Shown here: piece by piece, positions 13,952 to 27,299 of the stretch | Layout of the letters: each line of letters begins with the position of its first letter | Position numbering within the stretch: position 1 is the stretch's first letter | DNA from: Azolla caroliniana | Lineage: Eukaryota; Plantae; Polypodiophyta | NCBI GenBank assembly: GCA_043228905.1 | Contig: JBHGNT010000016.1 | Span: forward strand, 17,732,001 to 17,796,000 | DNA: 64,000 nt | Direction: 5' to 3' | Translations under genes and position numbers: made by a program | Notes under the pieces: model-generated | What the model was told of the DNA's origin: nothing | Databases searched by the model: none | The model's input: the letters and a program-made list of their open reading frames with translations, nothing else

Positions 13952-14008
13952 AGTCTCTCACTTTCAAATGCTTCAAAACAAATTTCCACTCTCTGGAGAG
14001 AAAACACT

Positions 14009-14620
<612 letters not shown>

Positions 14621-17015
14621 TTGAACTATTTCTTTCTTTCTTTATATTTATTATTCCATGTATTTTTTTATCCATTTACATATTTATCTATTTATAATGC
14701 TTTGTTTATATGTGCATCCATTAAATTGATTTATATTATGTATGTATATGTATTTATAATTTTATTTGTTTATTACGTTTATTAAAGTTTTTGTTTTTTT
14801 TGTTTATCTATATATTTTAAAATTTAAAATTTATGTATTATGTACATATTTGTCAATCCATTTATGTATAAAATTCATTTATGCCTTCCATCCATTTGTC
14901 TTTTAAAAATATTTTAGCTATTTTACATATCCAAAGTTTGACACTAAGTCACTAGGGTAACACGAGAACATCCGCTTCTCTCTCATACCCCAAGGATCAT
15001 CGATTCATTCATCAAGTCATTCTTAAGTTTCGCGAAGATGTATCAGAAATGCCCTTTGATATCAATCTAAAGATCAACCAAAGTTGCTTGAAGATTAATC
15101 AACTCCACCTTTGAACATAAGCCCCCTTGTTGATTAAGCTTTTAAATTTTGATGATTCAAACTCTTCACTCTTGCCTTAGGTTTGTCGCAAACCATCCAT
15201 GTCAAGTTTGTCTAACCTTTTAACCCATAGCCAAAAGGCTCGAACACACAACCTTATTAAAGCACAAATCCTCATTCTCACAATCGCATATGTGCCTCCT
15301 TGGTAATGTAGAGCTCGATGAGCTACTAGTCGAGGTTTTACAAGCTATAAAAGGTTGATCATAAGAAGTGTGGGATCGAAGCTCTTTCAAGGGCATGAGA
15401 AATGAATTGCAAGGTTCTGTAGAAGCTTCAAAACTCACTCTCACTTTGTGCTCTAGAGAGGTGTGGGTAGACACATGTGCGAGATGTTAAGTCGTGGTAT
15501 CAATTTCAATCAGATAATGGTAAATAAAACATCTGCTTTACATATTGTTCAAAGTAGCTTAAATAAATTAATCGACCATCAATGCTAAAAATTGGAGCGC
15601 GACCTTCCTCAAAAGCGAAAAAATTGATTTGTTGAAAATTGAAACTACCAAAGTGTTGTTTTCACACAATAACAACAACATCGTTGACACTTGCTTCAAA
15701 TACATCAAGTTTATATAAGAACGACAACAATGTCAAACTGTCGCATATTTGGATCATCCATTCTCTAATTTACAAACTAGCTGGAAGTAGATAGCTTCTA
15801 TGGTACAAAGTAAAATGCCATGCAACAAAATTGGATGCCCATATGTACAAACCAAGATTGGACTTGACAACCCAAATGAATCATCCAAAAACTCATATGC
15901 AACACATGGACTCAAAAGACATTATTAGAGCCTAGACTCATTGTTATACAAAAAATAGATTGCACAGATGATGCCAAGCTTTACAGTCACTCAAAACAAG
16001 GTTCTGATGCCAAAAAACTACAATACTAAAAGCTAGATTGTGAATGTTGGGTTGAATAATCTTTGCACCCATACATCTTTTAAAAACTAATAGGAAGCCA
16101 ATTATCTCTATTTAATACACAACAACTAGAGAATTGTTCAATTATGGCCATTAAACATGCACATGGTTAACCCTAACACTATTGTGATTTCATATGCCTT
16201 GCTTTTGTTATTAGTGCTAATTGGGATACCAATATACTACATACTAATAATAGTGGTTATGTCATGTGACTAGTGCTCATTACAAGACCGATAAGTTTCA
16301 ATATTTTGATACAATGTCCAACATGATGTTATCACAATCTATTGTATTCCTATGTGTGTAAATGCATTCTTGTGACTCAGTTGCTCTTGGCTTAAAGACT
16401 TTCAAACTCCAACACCGGAACGCAATCTTCTAAAAGGAGCTTCTTTTGGTTTGAACAAAAATAACAAGAAACTAAGCATATAGAACTCAACATCAAGCGA
16501 TGAATATGAGCCATGAATCTGATATAGAATGTAAGAGTGTATGTATGCTTCTACAAATGCATGCATGCATGCATGCATGTATGAATCGTATTTATGAGTT
16601 TCTATATGTATGATGTATGCATGGATCTAGTGTACATAACAATGTATGTAAAATGTATGAAAGCATGTACTATGTAAGTATACCAATACATCTATCTACC
16701 TATGCCATACATTGGTACAAACATAACCAAGGATGCAATGCACACATCTATCTATCTATAGATCTATCTATATATAGATACATACATACATACATACATA
16801 CATTAATGAATGATTGCATGCATGAATGTGTGCATTGCATACATACATACATATATGCATGGCTATGTATGTACATACTAATGCATGAAGCATCTATCTA
16901 GTACATATACATGGATGGATGCATGTAATCATGACATGGTGCATGCATGCATGTGGGCAATTATGTACAAATCAAGGTATAAGATTTAACTGAAAAGGGC
17001 ATACAAGATATAGTT

Positions 17016-17762
17016 CTAGAACTGAAAAAAGCAGCATGTGTTGTTGGAGCAGCACGGGGCGCCGACGAGCTGCGGGACTGAAGAAGAAGAAGATGGAGAG
17101 ATCGAGGAAGAAGAAGACGGAGATGGCGAGGATGGGGAAGAAGCATCGCCCGCATTTCGATCACAAATGAAGCATAGGCGGCATTTGGAATCGTCCTCGT
17201 ACAGACAAGGGCAGTGCTGGCATCTCAGATCCTGTAGGTCCACAAGGCCTCTCCATGGTTGGCCCGATGCCAATGCGGACAATGCATCACTACGCTGATG
17301 ACTTCTTCCGAGCACCTCTTGATCCCGATGGTATGACAATGTGCCCTTGATGTGCTCTCGATGATGGTATGGTGAGGATGAAACCCTAATTTTGTCATGC
17401 CGGCTTCCTTTACGCTCTCCACCGCGGCTCCGCAATGGATGCATGACACCATCACCTGGTCTTTCATGCACTTGATTTAGGCCACCGCGTTGATTCTCTC
17501 GATGGTAATCGCGACCGATATGGTCGTGGTTTACAGTATGTTGATCATGGTTATGACCACCATGGTTAACATGGTCATGACCACCATAGTTCACATGGTC
17601 ATGATCACCATGGCTCACATGGTCATGGTCACCATTCACCTTTTCTACCACATCTCCATGATGATCTAACAAACTTCTTTTGTCTCCTTCATGATGCATG
17701 GCCATAACCACAACCATATTCATCATAACCATTATAGCCATAGCCATGAGCTTCATTGCCAT
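17016..17762 (-). CDS. Putative secreted His-rich / Cys-rich protein of unknown family (~248 aa from ATG 17762)
   Basis: GC-richer open frame in AT-rich surroundings. Hydrophobic N-terminus MAMKLMAMAIMVMMNMVVVMA, repeats GDHDHVSH/GDHDHVNY/GGHDHVNH/GGHNHDQH, CQHCPC-x7-CRLCFIC, Ser/Pro linker, and C-terminal CCSNNTCC. Confidence 0.7.
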   Translation of the reverse strand: MAMKLMAMAIMVMMNMVVVMAMHHEGDKRSLLDHHGDVVEKVNGDHDHVSHGDHDHVNYGGHDHVNHGGHNHDQHTVNHDHIGRDYHRENQRGGLNQVHERPGDGVMHPLRSRGGERKGSRHDKIRVSSSPYHHREHIKGTLSYHRDQEVLGRSHQRSDALSALASGQPWRGLVDLQDLRCQHCPCLYEDDSKCRLCFICDRNAGDASSPSSPSPSSSSSISPSSSSSVPQLVGAPCCSNNTCCFFQF

Positions 17763-20075
17763 CCTCTCTTGATCTTCACATTGAGAAGGAGGATTCAAAT
17801 AAGAAAGCAAGTAAAAAATAAAAAATAAAAACAAGTAATCAAATGAATAAATCAAATCACAAAGACAAGAAGAAGTGGATGACATGAAACAAGTGAAGAA
17901 GAAAATAACAAAAAAAACAGAGGTTACTTACTTAACAAGAAACAGGGGATATGGTGGAACCCTCTGTATGCTGCAACTATTCCTTCTCCTATTGCTTGCC
18001 TTTGTCCTGTTTCATATTCTTTCCTCATGAGCCTAGCAAAAAAGACATCAGAAACAAAAAGATGCTTATGCATGTGTATATATGTATATAGACAGGCATA
18101 GTGATGGTGTCATGGCCTCCTCTCTCTCTCTCTCTCTAGGATTGTGTCTTTAAGTGTGTGGTAAGGTTGTTGGGTCACACCTAACCAAAGTTTGTCCACC
18201 ATACATTTCTGTCTAGGTCACCCGATGGATCGACCAACTGACCATCCACCGCATCTTCTTCATCTGTGACTTGACTTGGCTTCGCTTCGCTTGACTTGGC
18301 ATGACCTTACCTAAGTTCACTTCACTTGTGTGACCCAGACTCAGCAATTATGTTTGTCCACGTAAACACGACAACGTCCAATGTCGCAAAGCTTACCTCT
18401 TGATCCTGCCATCGTGTGCCATCGAATCAGCTTCTAGAGTCCCTGGACATAGATCTCCACGTGTTAATGGTGAGTGAAGTTGCGCTTTGTTACACTTCTT
18501 CTTCTCGAGCAGGTGACATATGTGTGGGAATTTGGTTTGTTGTTGAACCCACGACCAAAGCATGCCCTAAAAATGCTCGATCATCTCCACCAAATGATCT
18601 TTTGTAAAGGGTTTATATTGCTTATAAATGCTTAGAGTGCCACACTAGTCAATTCCATACTTTTTGGTCACGACGTGACATCAATCACCACCCATGTAAT
18701 TGACAATCTCCATGCAATGATGTTGCCAATGAATGTAGCGAGTGAAAATTTTACTTGCAATCAACTTACAATCACCACTTTCATAAGGGAACTTTGAACG
18801 CGTAAAACATGTCTCTCATCTATTAGTTCATTGGATAGAGAGTGCCAGATTTACACGTAATTAACTTGTGACAAACTCAATCAAAAGGGAGAGGAGAAGA
18901 ATGTTTCTCACCGACTCATCGGCGTTTTATGTTGCTAGTGCAAACTCTTCCTATATGTAATGTAAAGGAGTTTAAATAACAAACAAATGGAATGGTTGAA
19001 AATGTCCATAATAGATTATGGTGGTATTCTCAAAAGGTACGCATCATTTGAAACATCAATGTTGTCAAACGCAAACCTATGGAATAGTGTAAATCATCCA
19101 TGTTGCATGTCATTCTAAAAAAGGTGGACTATCGTCAAAATGTTCCTATAGTGATAGGTGGTTGATCACCAATAGGTTAACTTTGACCAAGAGCATCTTC
19201 ATTGTTTTCATGGATGTTGACTAACAAGATCCCAAATCTCCACGACGTGCTAACGAAAGTTTTTATTAACACTCATTCTTAGGCTTTGATCAAATTGTGA
19301 AGGCCTTTCTAAGAGCGTACCAATCCTCATCTTATGCACCAAAAGGGGCGCAATCGTGTCACCATGAAGCCTAATGCAAATTTTCATCATTACAATTTTT
19401 TACATCACAAAATATACAATGTTCAAGTGCATGCTTGTTGGTATTGGTTATGACATTATGCACAACAAATTCGTTGCTATGGTATAGGTATGACATAATA
19501 AAGAACAAAAACCCGAATCAGCATATAGTAAAGAAAATTAATATTTTACACCTACAATGTTGAAGTTGTTACATAAACACTTACAAAGTTATTATTTTGC
19601 AATGGTCAAGCCACAAATTATAGTAATCGTGGATTTGTTTTTCTTGATGACTCTAGTGTGCATGAATAACAGGAACATTGTGCCTATAACACATAAAAAA
19701 AGGAGAATGCATAAAAAATGGATATAGTTAAAGCTTGTAGCAAGCACGTGGACAATTGTGTTAGTATATCTCAATCTCACGACATCGCTCATAAAGATAT
19801 GGATCACATTTCAAAACTTTCTACATCTCCTTTCGGTACCATATCATATATTTATTCCAAAAAATACATTTGTTGTTGGTTATTTCTTATTCAACACAAC
19901 AAATTCAACTATTATTCGATGGATACCCACATGCATGCATTTATAAAATAAGTTGTTTTTTTATAGTTTCATCCAATGTTATTATGTACAAAATGTTATT
20001 ACCCTTTTGATACTATCCAAATGATTTTTACGCATAAAAAAGGTGACAAAATCAATGAGTTCTTTATTTAGTTGA

Positions 20076-20445
20076 TGTTGGAAAAGTATCAAATGTATCG
20101 GTTAACCGTTGATAAACTGGCTTGTAAGAATGATATTCTAATCTCTGGGCAATATGGATAAGTAAAGTTCGCATACTCTTTTAATATGGAAAATTAGTTA
20201 TGTTGGAAAAGTATCAAATGTATGGGTTAACCGTCGATAAACTGGCTTGTAAGAATGATATTCTAATCTCTAGGCAATATGGATAAGTAAAGTTTGCATA
20301 CTCTTTTAATATGGAAAATTAGTTATGTTGGAAAAGTATCAAATGTATGGGTTAACCGTCGATAAACTGGCTTGTAAGAATGATATTCTAATCTCTAGGC
20401 AATATGGATAAGTAAAGTTCGCATACTCTTTTAATACGGAAAATT
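20076..20445. repeat. 125-bp tandem repeat, 3 near-identical copies
   Basis: TGTTGGAAAAGTATCAAATG starts at 20076, 20201 and 20326. Confidence 0.95.
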
Positions 20446-20641
20446 TGTCCATCATTTAAAACTAGATATTTGGAGCATATATTTTAAATTTCATATAACT
20501 TTCTATATTCAAATGTTAGCAGGCTTGAGAGAACTTCTTGCTAAAATTTTCGGAACTTGAACGAGACAATATCGTTAGTGACAATTAAGACAAAGCATTT
20601 GTTCAACATTTATTGTTAGAATATGTGTCCTCTTATACAAG

Positions 20642-21204
20642 TTTTTTTTTTTTTTTTTTTTTTTTTCAAAAAAAAAGATACTACATTAGTATTAGAAAAC
20701 CGCCATAAGGCTAAACATACAAGCTATACCGATCCCCTATATTTTTCTAAAGTCTAACCATTGGCTTGAATAAACACTTTGGTGTTGAGTAGAACCACTC
20801 CACCTTACCAAAATACCGTCTATAAAATATACCTATGTCCCAAATGGCATGAAACTCCACCCGCCTAAGCTCCGCTTGATGCGTATTACCTTTTATACCA
20901 TCCAAAATCCCTCTAAGATTATGTACAATCTCTATCCAAATTCCGGAGATTATTTGAGCAGGTCTTTCAATCATATTTTGAAATACCTTCAAACATCGAG
21001 CCTTCCAAATATACCAAATTGTAATACTGCTTACCAATTGCCATATTTGAGGTTTATCAGTTTGTATTTGTGGATTCGGAGGGATCAAAATTTTTTCCAT
21101 CATACCATGCCTCACCATAATAGCATCCGCAACCTCCTCATGTTCATATTCCATCGGTTTATCATGTACCGCTGCCCATAATACTGCACCCCATGTGTAC
21201 ACTG
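20642..21204 (-). mobile_element. 5'-truncated L1-type LINE (ORF2 C-terminus, 3' UTR, poly-A)
   Basis: IWYIWKARC..VF motif, poly-T at 20642-20666 on the + strand, and TSD CTCTTATACAAG at 20630-20641 and 21205-21216, in a canonical TT/AAAA-type target. Confidence 0.9.
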
Positions 21205-21749
21205 CTCTTATACAAGTTTTAAACAGCTTAATAGCTCCAAAGCCACATACACTAGTAACTTTCATAAACGACCACCGTTAAAGCTGGTTACAACTTACAT
21301 ATTCATACTTTTCAAAGCTTTTTTGTTTTATCTTGTTAAGAAAAAGCAATATCTATTCTAAGTTTGTGTGTGTCGTATGATTGGTAGTCTTGAACATTAG
21401 TTATCATGTTTGTTGGGAGCTCATAACTCCCCCATCTTTGTTGTAGTTTTCTAATATCACTAGTATACAAGTTCAAATCATTTGTATCTATTTCCAAAAT
21501 TCACTTTAATTGTTACTTGCAACGACGGTGTGCGATTATGAACCCAAAGACTAGATTGTCTACAATTTACATGAAAATGACAAGATTTTAAACTATCATC
21601 TTTGATATGTCGAGGAATTGAAACTCACTTCGTTTATCAATTGGTTAACTTTGATTAATTAAAATAAATTATCCAATCTATTTATTACTCACAACTTTTT
21701 ATGAGGGTGGTAAGCAATCAATATCACTCAGAGACATCTCACATATTAA

Positions 21750-22068
21750 TAACAATCGACAACGGTTTGGTTTGGTTCGAGAGTGTCAAAATCGAGCTGT
21801 TAAAATTTTTTGAAACTTGAACTGAACTGAACCACGAAACCATTTAAATTGAACTGTTAAAAAAAATCCAAACGTTTCGGATTTCAACTTAGGTCAAAAT
21901 TCAAAATTTCAATTTTTATAAAATTTCAAATTTTTTTATTTTTAATTTTTCAAAATTTTAAAGTTTTTTCTTAAAATGTGAGAAGTAGACTTTAAAATGA
22001 AAAGGTTGTTTAAATTTATTTTTTTGAAAACCATCGAACCATTTAACCCGAACCGTTGCCGATTGTTA
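21750..22068. mobile_element. hAT-like MITE
   Basis: 18-bp TIRs TAACAATCGACAACGGTT / AACCGTTGCCGATTGTTA (1 mismatch), 8-bp TSD CATATTAA/CATATTAC, AT-rich core. Confidence 0.85.
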
Positions 22069-23179
22069 CATATTACATACTAGGCAAAGATACATAAACT
22101 TTATGCAATCTCTTTGAGGAGATTCCGAGGGAGACCATAATGATGTAGAGAGATATAGGTGTAGGACAAGATAGGTAGGAGGCTTAGCCGAAGACTATGT
22201 ATGAGGGGCTTGATTAAGGAAATCAGTAATTCATATGATCATGGACTGACCTTTGGCCTTATTAACGACTTCTAATTAACGTTATGTGTGCACATAACTC
22301 CTAACATCATATCCTACGTGATAAAGATGGCTTGAAGAAGCAACTTTGTGCATTTGGTTTTGACCAAATACCTTATAAATGTGGGCAATGTAAATGCTCC
22401 ATCGTACCAAACTCTTGTCCATTGGAGGAAATAAGTCGTACTTGAAAAGGCCAAATGGGCTTTGCCAAACAACCAAAAGTTTTTCCTAGATTTTAATTGT
22501 TATGTGCATAACCATAATTGATCACGAGATAACTTTTTAGTAGTTTTCGATGATCTTATGATGATTACACAGGGGTTAATTCTGAAAAGAGTGAGGGTAT
22601 GAATTGTAAAATTCAATTCTATGGTGTGGGATAATTGTTAAGGGTGTTATCACTTGACCACTTTACAAATTGTGAACACACTAGGGTTTGAGATTTTTTC
22701 ATACATAAGAAGGCTAGCTACCTTCTTATCAAGGGGGAAACTTGACTTAAGATGAGACTATGACAATGTGGCTATGGCTCTTGTTAGCTACGCACATGCG
22801 ATCCTCGCAGGACCCAAGGTACGATTCATATCAACCCTCGATGGTCTGGTATAGTGAGGAGGTTCGGGTTTGTATGACGTCGTTGCTAGGGGGTGATCGA
22901 GTAGTTTCTTTGGTCTATAATTCCTTGTGTTTTGATTAATTAATTAGTTAGACTCTAACATTAACCCTTTTTCCTTTCTTTGGTTTATAAATCTTTATGT
23001 TTTGACCAATTAATTAGTTAGACTCTAACATTAACCTTTCGAAGTATAGCCAAAATCGATGCCCTTTCTCTATGTAGACGCTTTGGTGAGTAAATGGGTC
23101 CATAATAAGCGTAAGGTTGTTTTCCATTCCCCTCTATGTCATGCATAATGCAATGTAGCTATTTTTCGCTTTTTGAAAA

Positions 23180-23995
23180 TTCAAATAATTGGGAAACAAG
23201 TATGACTCCAAATACCCAAATCCTTGCAAATTTCTGGGTTATCTTATGGGCAAAAAAATAACCACACCAAATATTGCATGTACAATGGTTACTTGTACTC
23301 CGAACCTTGCCAGTTGGCACATGGTTGCATGGGATGGGAGTATCTTCTGGTTGTGCTTGATGCCATTTACACACGGAAACTCAAAAACATTGTTTATGGG
23401 AATGCATTGAGTCTCAACCGATATGGCAATGTCTCCTTAGATTTATTGCTAACTATTTTCCCCCATTGGTTTTCACTTGGGGCATGGTGGTTTGGACATC
23501 ACTTGTCCGTGATGCATTCCATTATGACGCCGAATCTATGGACCATGGATTTTACACTAAATCTGGAAGTGTTCATATATTACCATTGATGTCATTATAG
23601 TTTTCAGGAATACAGAAGGAAGTCCAATTAGTATGGGAGATACTGAGTAGTACCACAATAGTACCATTGTATATCACATTTGGAAGGCTCGGTGCTCTCT
23701 CGTTTTCTATCAACTTAGAACATCACCAGTTGAATTGGTTTCAAATATTTGGTTAGACACAGTTCATACTTTGAAGGGTCAATAGGATGGTATAGTTGGA
23801 GATTCTGATGTTAAAATTGCTCAACAACACGAGTTTCTTATCGTCTGGACAACTACTCCATTCATGACATCCAATTACGACACTCCTTATTGGCCTTTTC
23901 AGTCTCCGAAATGGTTGTTTCCCCCACCGATCACATAGAGTTTAAAATCTTGTAAAATGTTTACACTAATGACATGATATCGTCTTTAAAAAAAC
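23180..23995 (+). mobile_element. 5'-truncated, decayed LINE copy of the same family as 37901-40646
   Basis: Colinear with the reverse complement of ~37910-38710 (zf-RVT region, HIWKARC, PKWLFPPPIT*), ending in an A-run. Confidence 0.88.
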
Positions 23996-24530
23996 AAAGC
24001 CTAACTTCGGATACGTACATACATACATACATGCCGATCACACAGAGTTTAAAATCTTGTAAAATGTTTACACTAATGACAGGATATCGTCTTTAAAAAA
24101 AAAACAAAGCCTAACTTCGGATACGTACATACATAGATACATGCGGATCACACCGAATTTAAAAGCTTGTAAAATGTTTACACTAATGACATGATATCTT
24201 CTTTAAAAAAAACAAAGTCTAACTCCGGATACATACATTCAAAGCCTTAGAAAGCTTGAACAACGGTTGACAAATGGTTGGTGTAATACATACATACATA
24301 CATACATACCATACCATACATTACATACATGCCATACATACATTCAAAGCCTTAGAAAGCTTGAAGAACAGTGGACAAATGGTTGGAGTAATACATACAT
24401 ACATTACATACATACATTCAAAGCCTTAGAAAGCTTGAACAACAGTGGACAAATGGTTGGTGTAATACATACATGATACATACATACCATACATACATGC
24501 CATACATACATTCAAAGCCTTAGAAAGCAT
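23928..24530 (+). repeat. Compound tandem array: 3 copies of the LINE 3' tail plus flank, then ~4 copies of CATTCAAAGCCTTAGAAAGC... separated by (ACAT)n
   Basis: TTTAAAATCTTGTAAAATGTTTACACTAATGAC at ~23940, ~24048 and ~24158. CAAAGCCTTAGAAAGC at ~24240, ~24345, ~24419 and ~24513. Confidence 0.9.
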
Positions 24531-24691
24531 GCATGACAGGGGACAAATGTTTGGAACAGGGGAAGCTTCCATGGAAAAGCTGGTAAGAAGACCAGGTATG
24601 TCATCATCTTCTTTTTCTGTGTCATGTATACGAAGAATGGTTCCAAAACTTGGATAAATCTCTCTCTCCCCACCCCTCAAGTATATGAGAG

Positions 24692-27025
24692 ATGGTTGCA
24701 AACCTCGGATCCCGGGATTATCTGAGCCAGTTCTGCAACAAGGGACTCATGTCTCAAGCTTTTGAGGTTGTCTCTCTCATGGAGAAAAGAAGTATACCCA
24801 TCACTAGAGATGTGTTTTTCTGCCTTCTCCAAGGATGTGCAAGAAAGATGGATGTGGAAGCTTCTAGAAACTTGCATAAAATCATGGTCTCGAAAGGATT
24901 CCATACACTGGATTTCCTTGCAGGACATCTTGTGAGAGTATTTTCATTATGTGGAAGTCTGCCCATGGCACTTGAGGTGTTTTACGGTATAAAAAGACCC
25001 AGTATTCACTCATGGAATGCTATCATTTCAGCTAGTTCTACCCTTGGAGACCATGAAAGAGCTCTAGAGCTCTTCGGATGCATGCAACATAATGACATAC
25101 AAGCTAGTAGTGTCACTTTTCAAGGGGTTTTAAAGGCTTGTATCAATATGGGTTTAGTCAGTCAAGGTCGGGTAGTTCACGAATATATTATAGAGTTAGG
25201 TCTAGAACCGGATGTCGCATTGATGAATACCCTTATCGATATGTATGCAAAGTGTGGATGCATCGATGACGCATGTGTTGTATTCAATAGAATGTCAGTT
25301 TTGACAGTTACCTCATGGGGTTGTATGATTGCTGGTTTTGCAAGGCACGGTGAAGGTGAACATGCCATAAGACTTTACCGAAGAATGGAGGAGGAGCATA
25401 TTAAACCAAATAGCGTCATTTTCTCATCTGTACTGAAAGGATGTGCCCATGTCAAGGCTTTAGAAGAGGGAAGGCTCATACATCACCAAATCGTTGAGGA
25501 TGGACTACAACCAGATGTTGTGGTCGGAAACACTCTCATTCACATGTATGCCCAATGTGGATGCCAAGAGGAAGCTTACCATGTATTCAAAAAATTGCCA
25601 CATCATACTGAAAGGTCATGGGGCGCATTAATGGGAAGCACTGTCACATCAGGGCTTCCTACCGACTGTTTGAAGAACATGCAAGATGAGGACATAATAC
25701 CAAATCGACCGATTATATTGAATCTTCTAAAAACATGCTGTAGTACAGGATGTATGAAACAAGGGATGCTTGTACATCATGAGCTTGTGACCATTGGTTT
25801 AGAATGTGATGTGTCAATCAATGGTTGTCTTATAGACATGTATGCAAAATGTGGAGGCTTGGAGGATGCACATAAGACATTCGACATAATGCAAGATCGG
25901 ACAGTCATATCTTGGGGCACACTAATCTCTGGATATGTTGTGCATGGGCTTGAACATCATGCTCTTGAACTTGTTAAAGAAATGCATGAGGAAAATGTAG
26001 AACCAGATGTAGTTGTATATCTATGTATATTGAAAGCATGTGGGAATATAGGTGATGCACATGGTGGTAGGCTAGTGCATGGTATAGCTATCGAAACTGG
26101 GGTTTCAACAAATACTCTACTTGGCAGTACCATTGTTGGGTTTTATATAAAATCTGGGTTCTTAGATGAGGCACGGAAAGTGTTTGATGGTATAACGAGA
26201 CGAGATGCGTTGTTATGGGGCGTGATTATAGCAGGATATGTTCAACATGGATTTTGTCTTGCAGCAATAGGCCTTTACATAAAAATGTTAGGAGAGGATG
26301 TAGTACCAAATGAAGTTATATTTGCACATACCTTGAAAGCATGTGGAGGCATGGGGGCCACAAAAGAGGGAAAGCTAATACACTCCCAAATTTTTGAAAG
26401 CAACTTTGAATCTGATTTGCTTGTTGGGAATAGCATCATCGAAGTGTATGTACGGTTTGGGCTTATGGATGAAGCTTTAAAAGTATTTGAGAAGCTCTCA
26501 TTTCGGGATGTACTTTCATGGAGTACAATGATCGAAGGATGTGCGTTGCATGGTGAATACTTATTGGTCCATCAATTCCTGGAAGAGTTGCAACGACAAG
26601 GTTTAAAACCGGATGAATATGTCCTCACCCATATGCTCACAGCCTGTGTTCAAGCTGGACATCCAGATGAAGGGATCCATTACTTTAAATATATGAGAGA
26701 ATATTATGGAGTAGAACCAAACGCTGAGCATTATAGCTGTATGGTTGATCTGCTCGGTCGTGCTGGGTATCTTCATGATGCAAAGGATTTGTTGTATAGT
26801 ATTCCATTTCACTCACCATTTATTATGTGGACCTCTTTACTAACGAGCTGTCGAGCACATGGAAACCCACAAATTGGAATGCAATGCTTTGATAACATGA
26901 TGCAGTTAGAGCCGTTTGATCCCTCTGGCCATGTGCTTATATCTAACTTGCTTGTTGAGGCAGGATACCAGAATGTTTTTGATGGAATTCAAATAATTGA
27001 AAATGTTAAAATGGCTGCAATGTAA
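24692..27025 (+). CDS. PLS-class pentatricopeptide repeat protein with E-type C-terminus and no DYW domain (organellar RNA-editing factor family)
   Basis: 777-aa intronless ORF with repeated LIDMYAKCG / SW..MI.G / P..V.F..VLKAC motifs and terminal EHYSCMVDLLGRAG..WTSLLTSCRAHGN. Confidence 0.93.
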   Translation: MVANLGSRDYLSQFCNKGLMSQAFEVVSLMEKRSIPITRDVFFCLLQGCARKMDVEASRNLHKIMVSKGFHTLDFLAGHLVRVFSLCGSLPMALEVFYGIKRPSIHSWNAIISASSTLGDHERALELFGCMQHNDIQASSVTFQGVLKACINMGLVSQGRVVHEYIIELGLEPDVALMNTLIDMYAKCGCIDDACVVFNRMSVLTVTSWGCMIAGFARHGEGEHAIRLYRRMEEEHIKPNSVIFSSVLKGCAHVKALEEGRLIHHQIVEDGLQPDVVVGNTLIHMYAQCGCQEEAYHVFKKLPHHTERSWGALMGSTVTSGLPTDCLKNMQDEDIIPNRPIILNLLKTCCSTGCMKQGMLVHHELVTIGLECDVSINGCLIDMYAKCGGLEDAHKTFDIMQDRTVISWGTLISGYVVHGLEHHALELVKEMHEENVEPDVVVYLCILKACGNIGDAHGGRLVHGIAIETGVSTNTLLGSTIVGFYIKSGFLDEARKVFDGITRRDALLWGVIIAGYVQHGFCLAAIGLYIKMLGEDVVPNEVIFAHTLKACGGMGATKEGKLIHSQIFESNFESDLLVGNSIIEVYVRFGLMDEALKVFEKLSFRDVLSWSTMIEGCALHGEYLLVHQFLEELQRQGLKPDEYVLTHMLTACVQAGHPDEGIHYFKYMREYYGVEPNAEHYSCMVDLLGRAGYLHDAKDLLYSIPFHSPFIMWTSLLTSCRAHGNPQIGMQCFDNMMQLEPFDPSGHVLISNLLVEAGYQNVFDGIQIIENVKMAAM

Positions 27026-27299
27026 TTCAAGAAAAAGACTCATTTGATTGCCCCAAAACATCACAATGTACTCAGATTGGAGGGTCAGCATGTCGTGGGC
27101 GAGTCAAATTGCCGAATGCAAAACTGAGAGATGCCCTTTGTTGACCAAAAGACATGTTTAGGGATCTAGGTTTATCTGATACAACACTATGAACGAGCAC
27201 TATACGAGTACTCATAATATATAGCGGCCTATCTTAGTGTTATCATTCACATGCTCCCACCTAATGATGAGAGATTGATACAATGGATAATACGTGAAG

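Noticed and set aside
14950-19950. Decayed coding-like stretches at ~15.0-15.9 kb and ~18.6-19.9 kb (also ~41.3-42.5 kb), possibly DNA transposase remnants
   Set aside because: I could not find diagnostic motifs, TIRs or TSDs by eye; a translated search against a TE library is needed.
24236-24530. Repeat-spacer-like pattern resembling a CRISPR array
   Set aside because: The spacers are variable (ACAT)n tracts, the repeats are long and degenerate, the context is eukaryotic and there are no cas genes.
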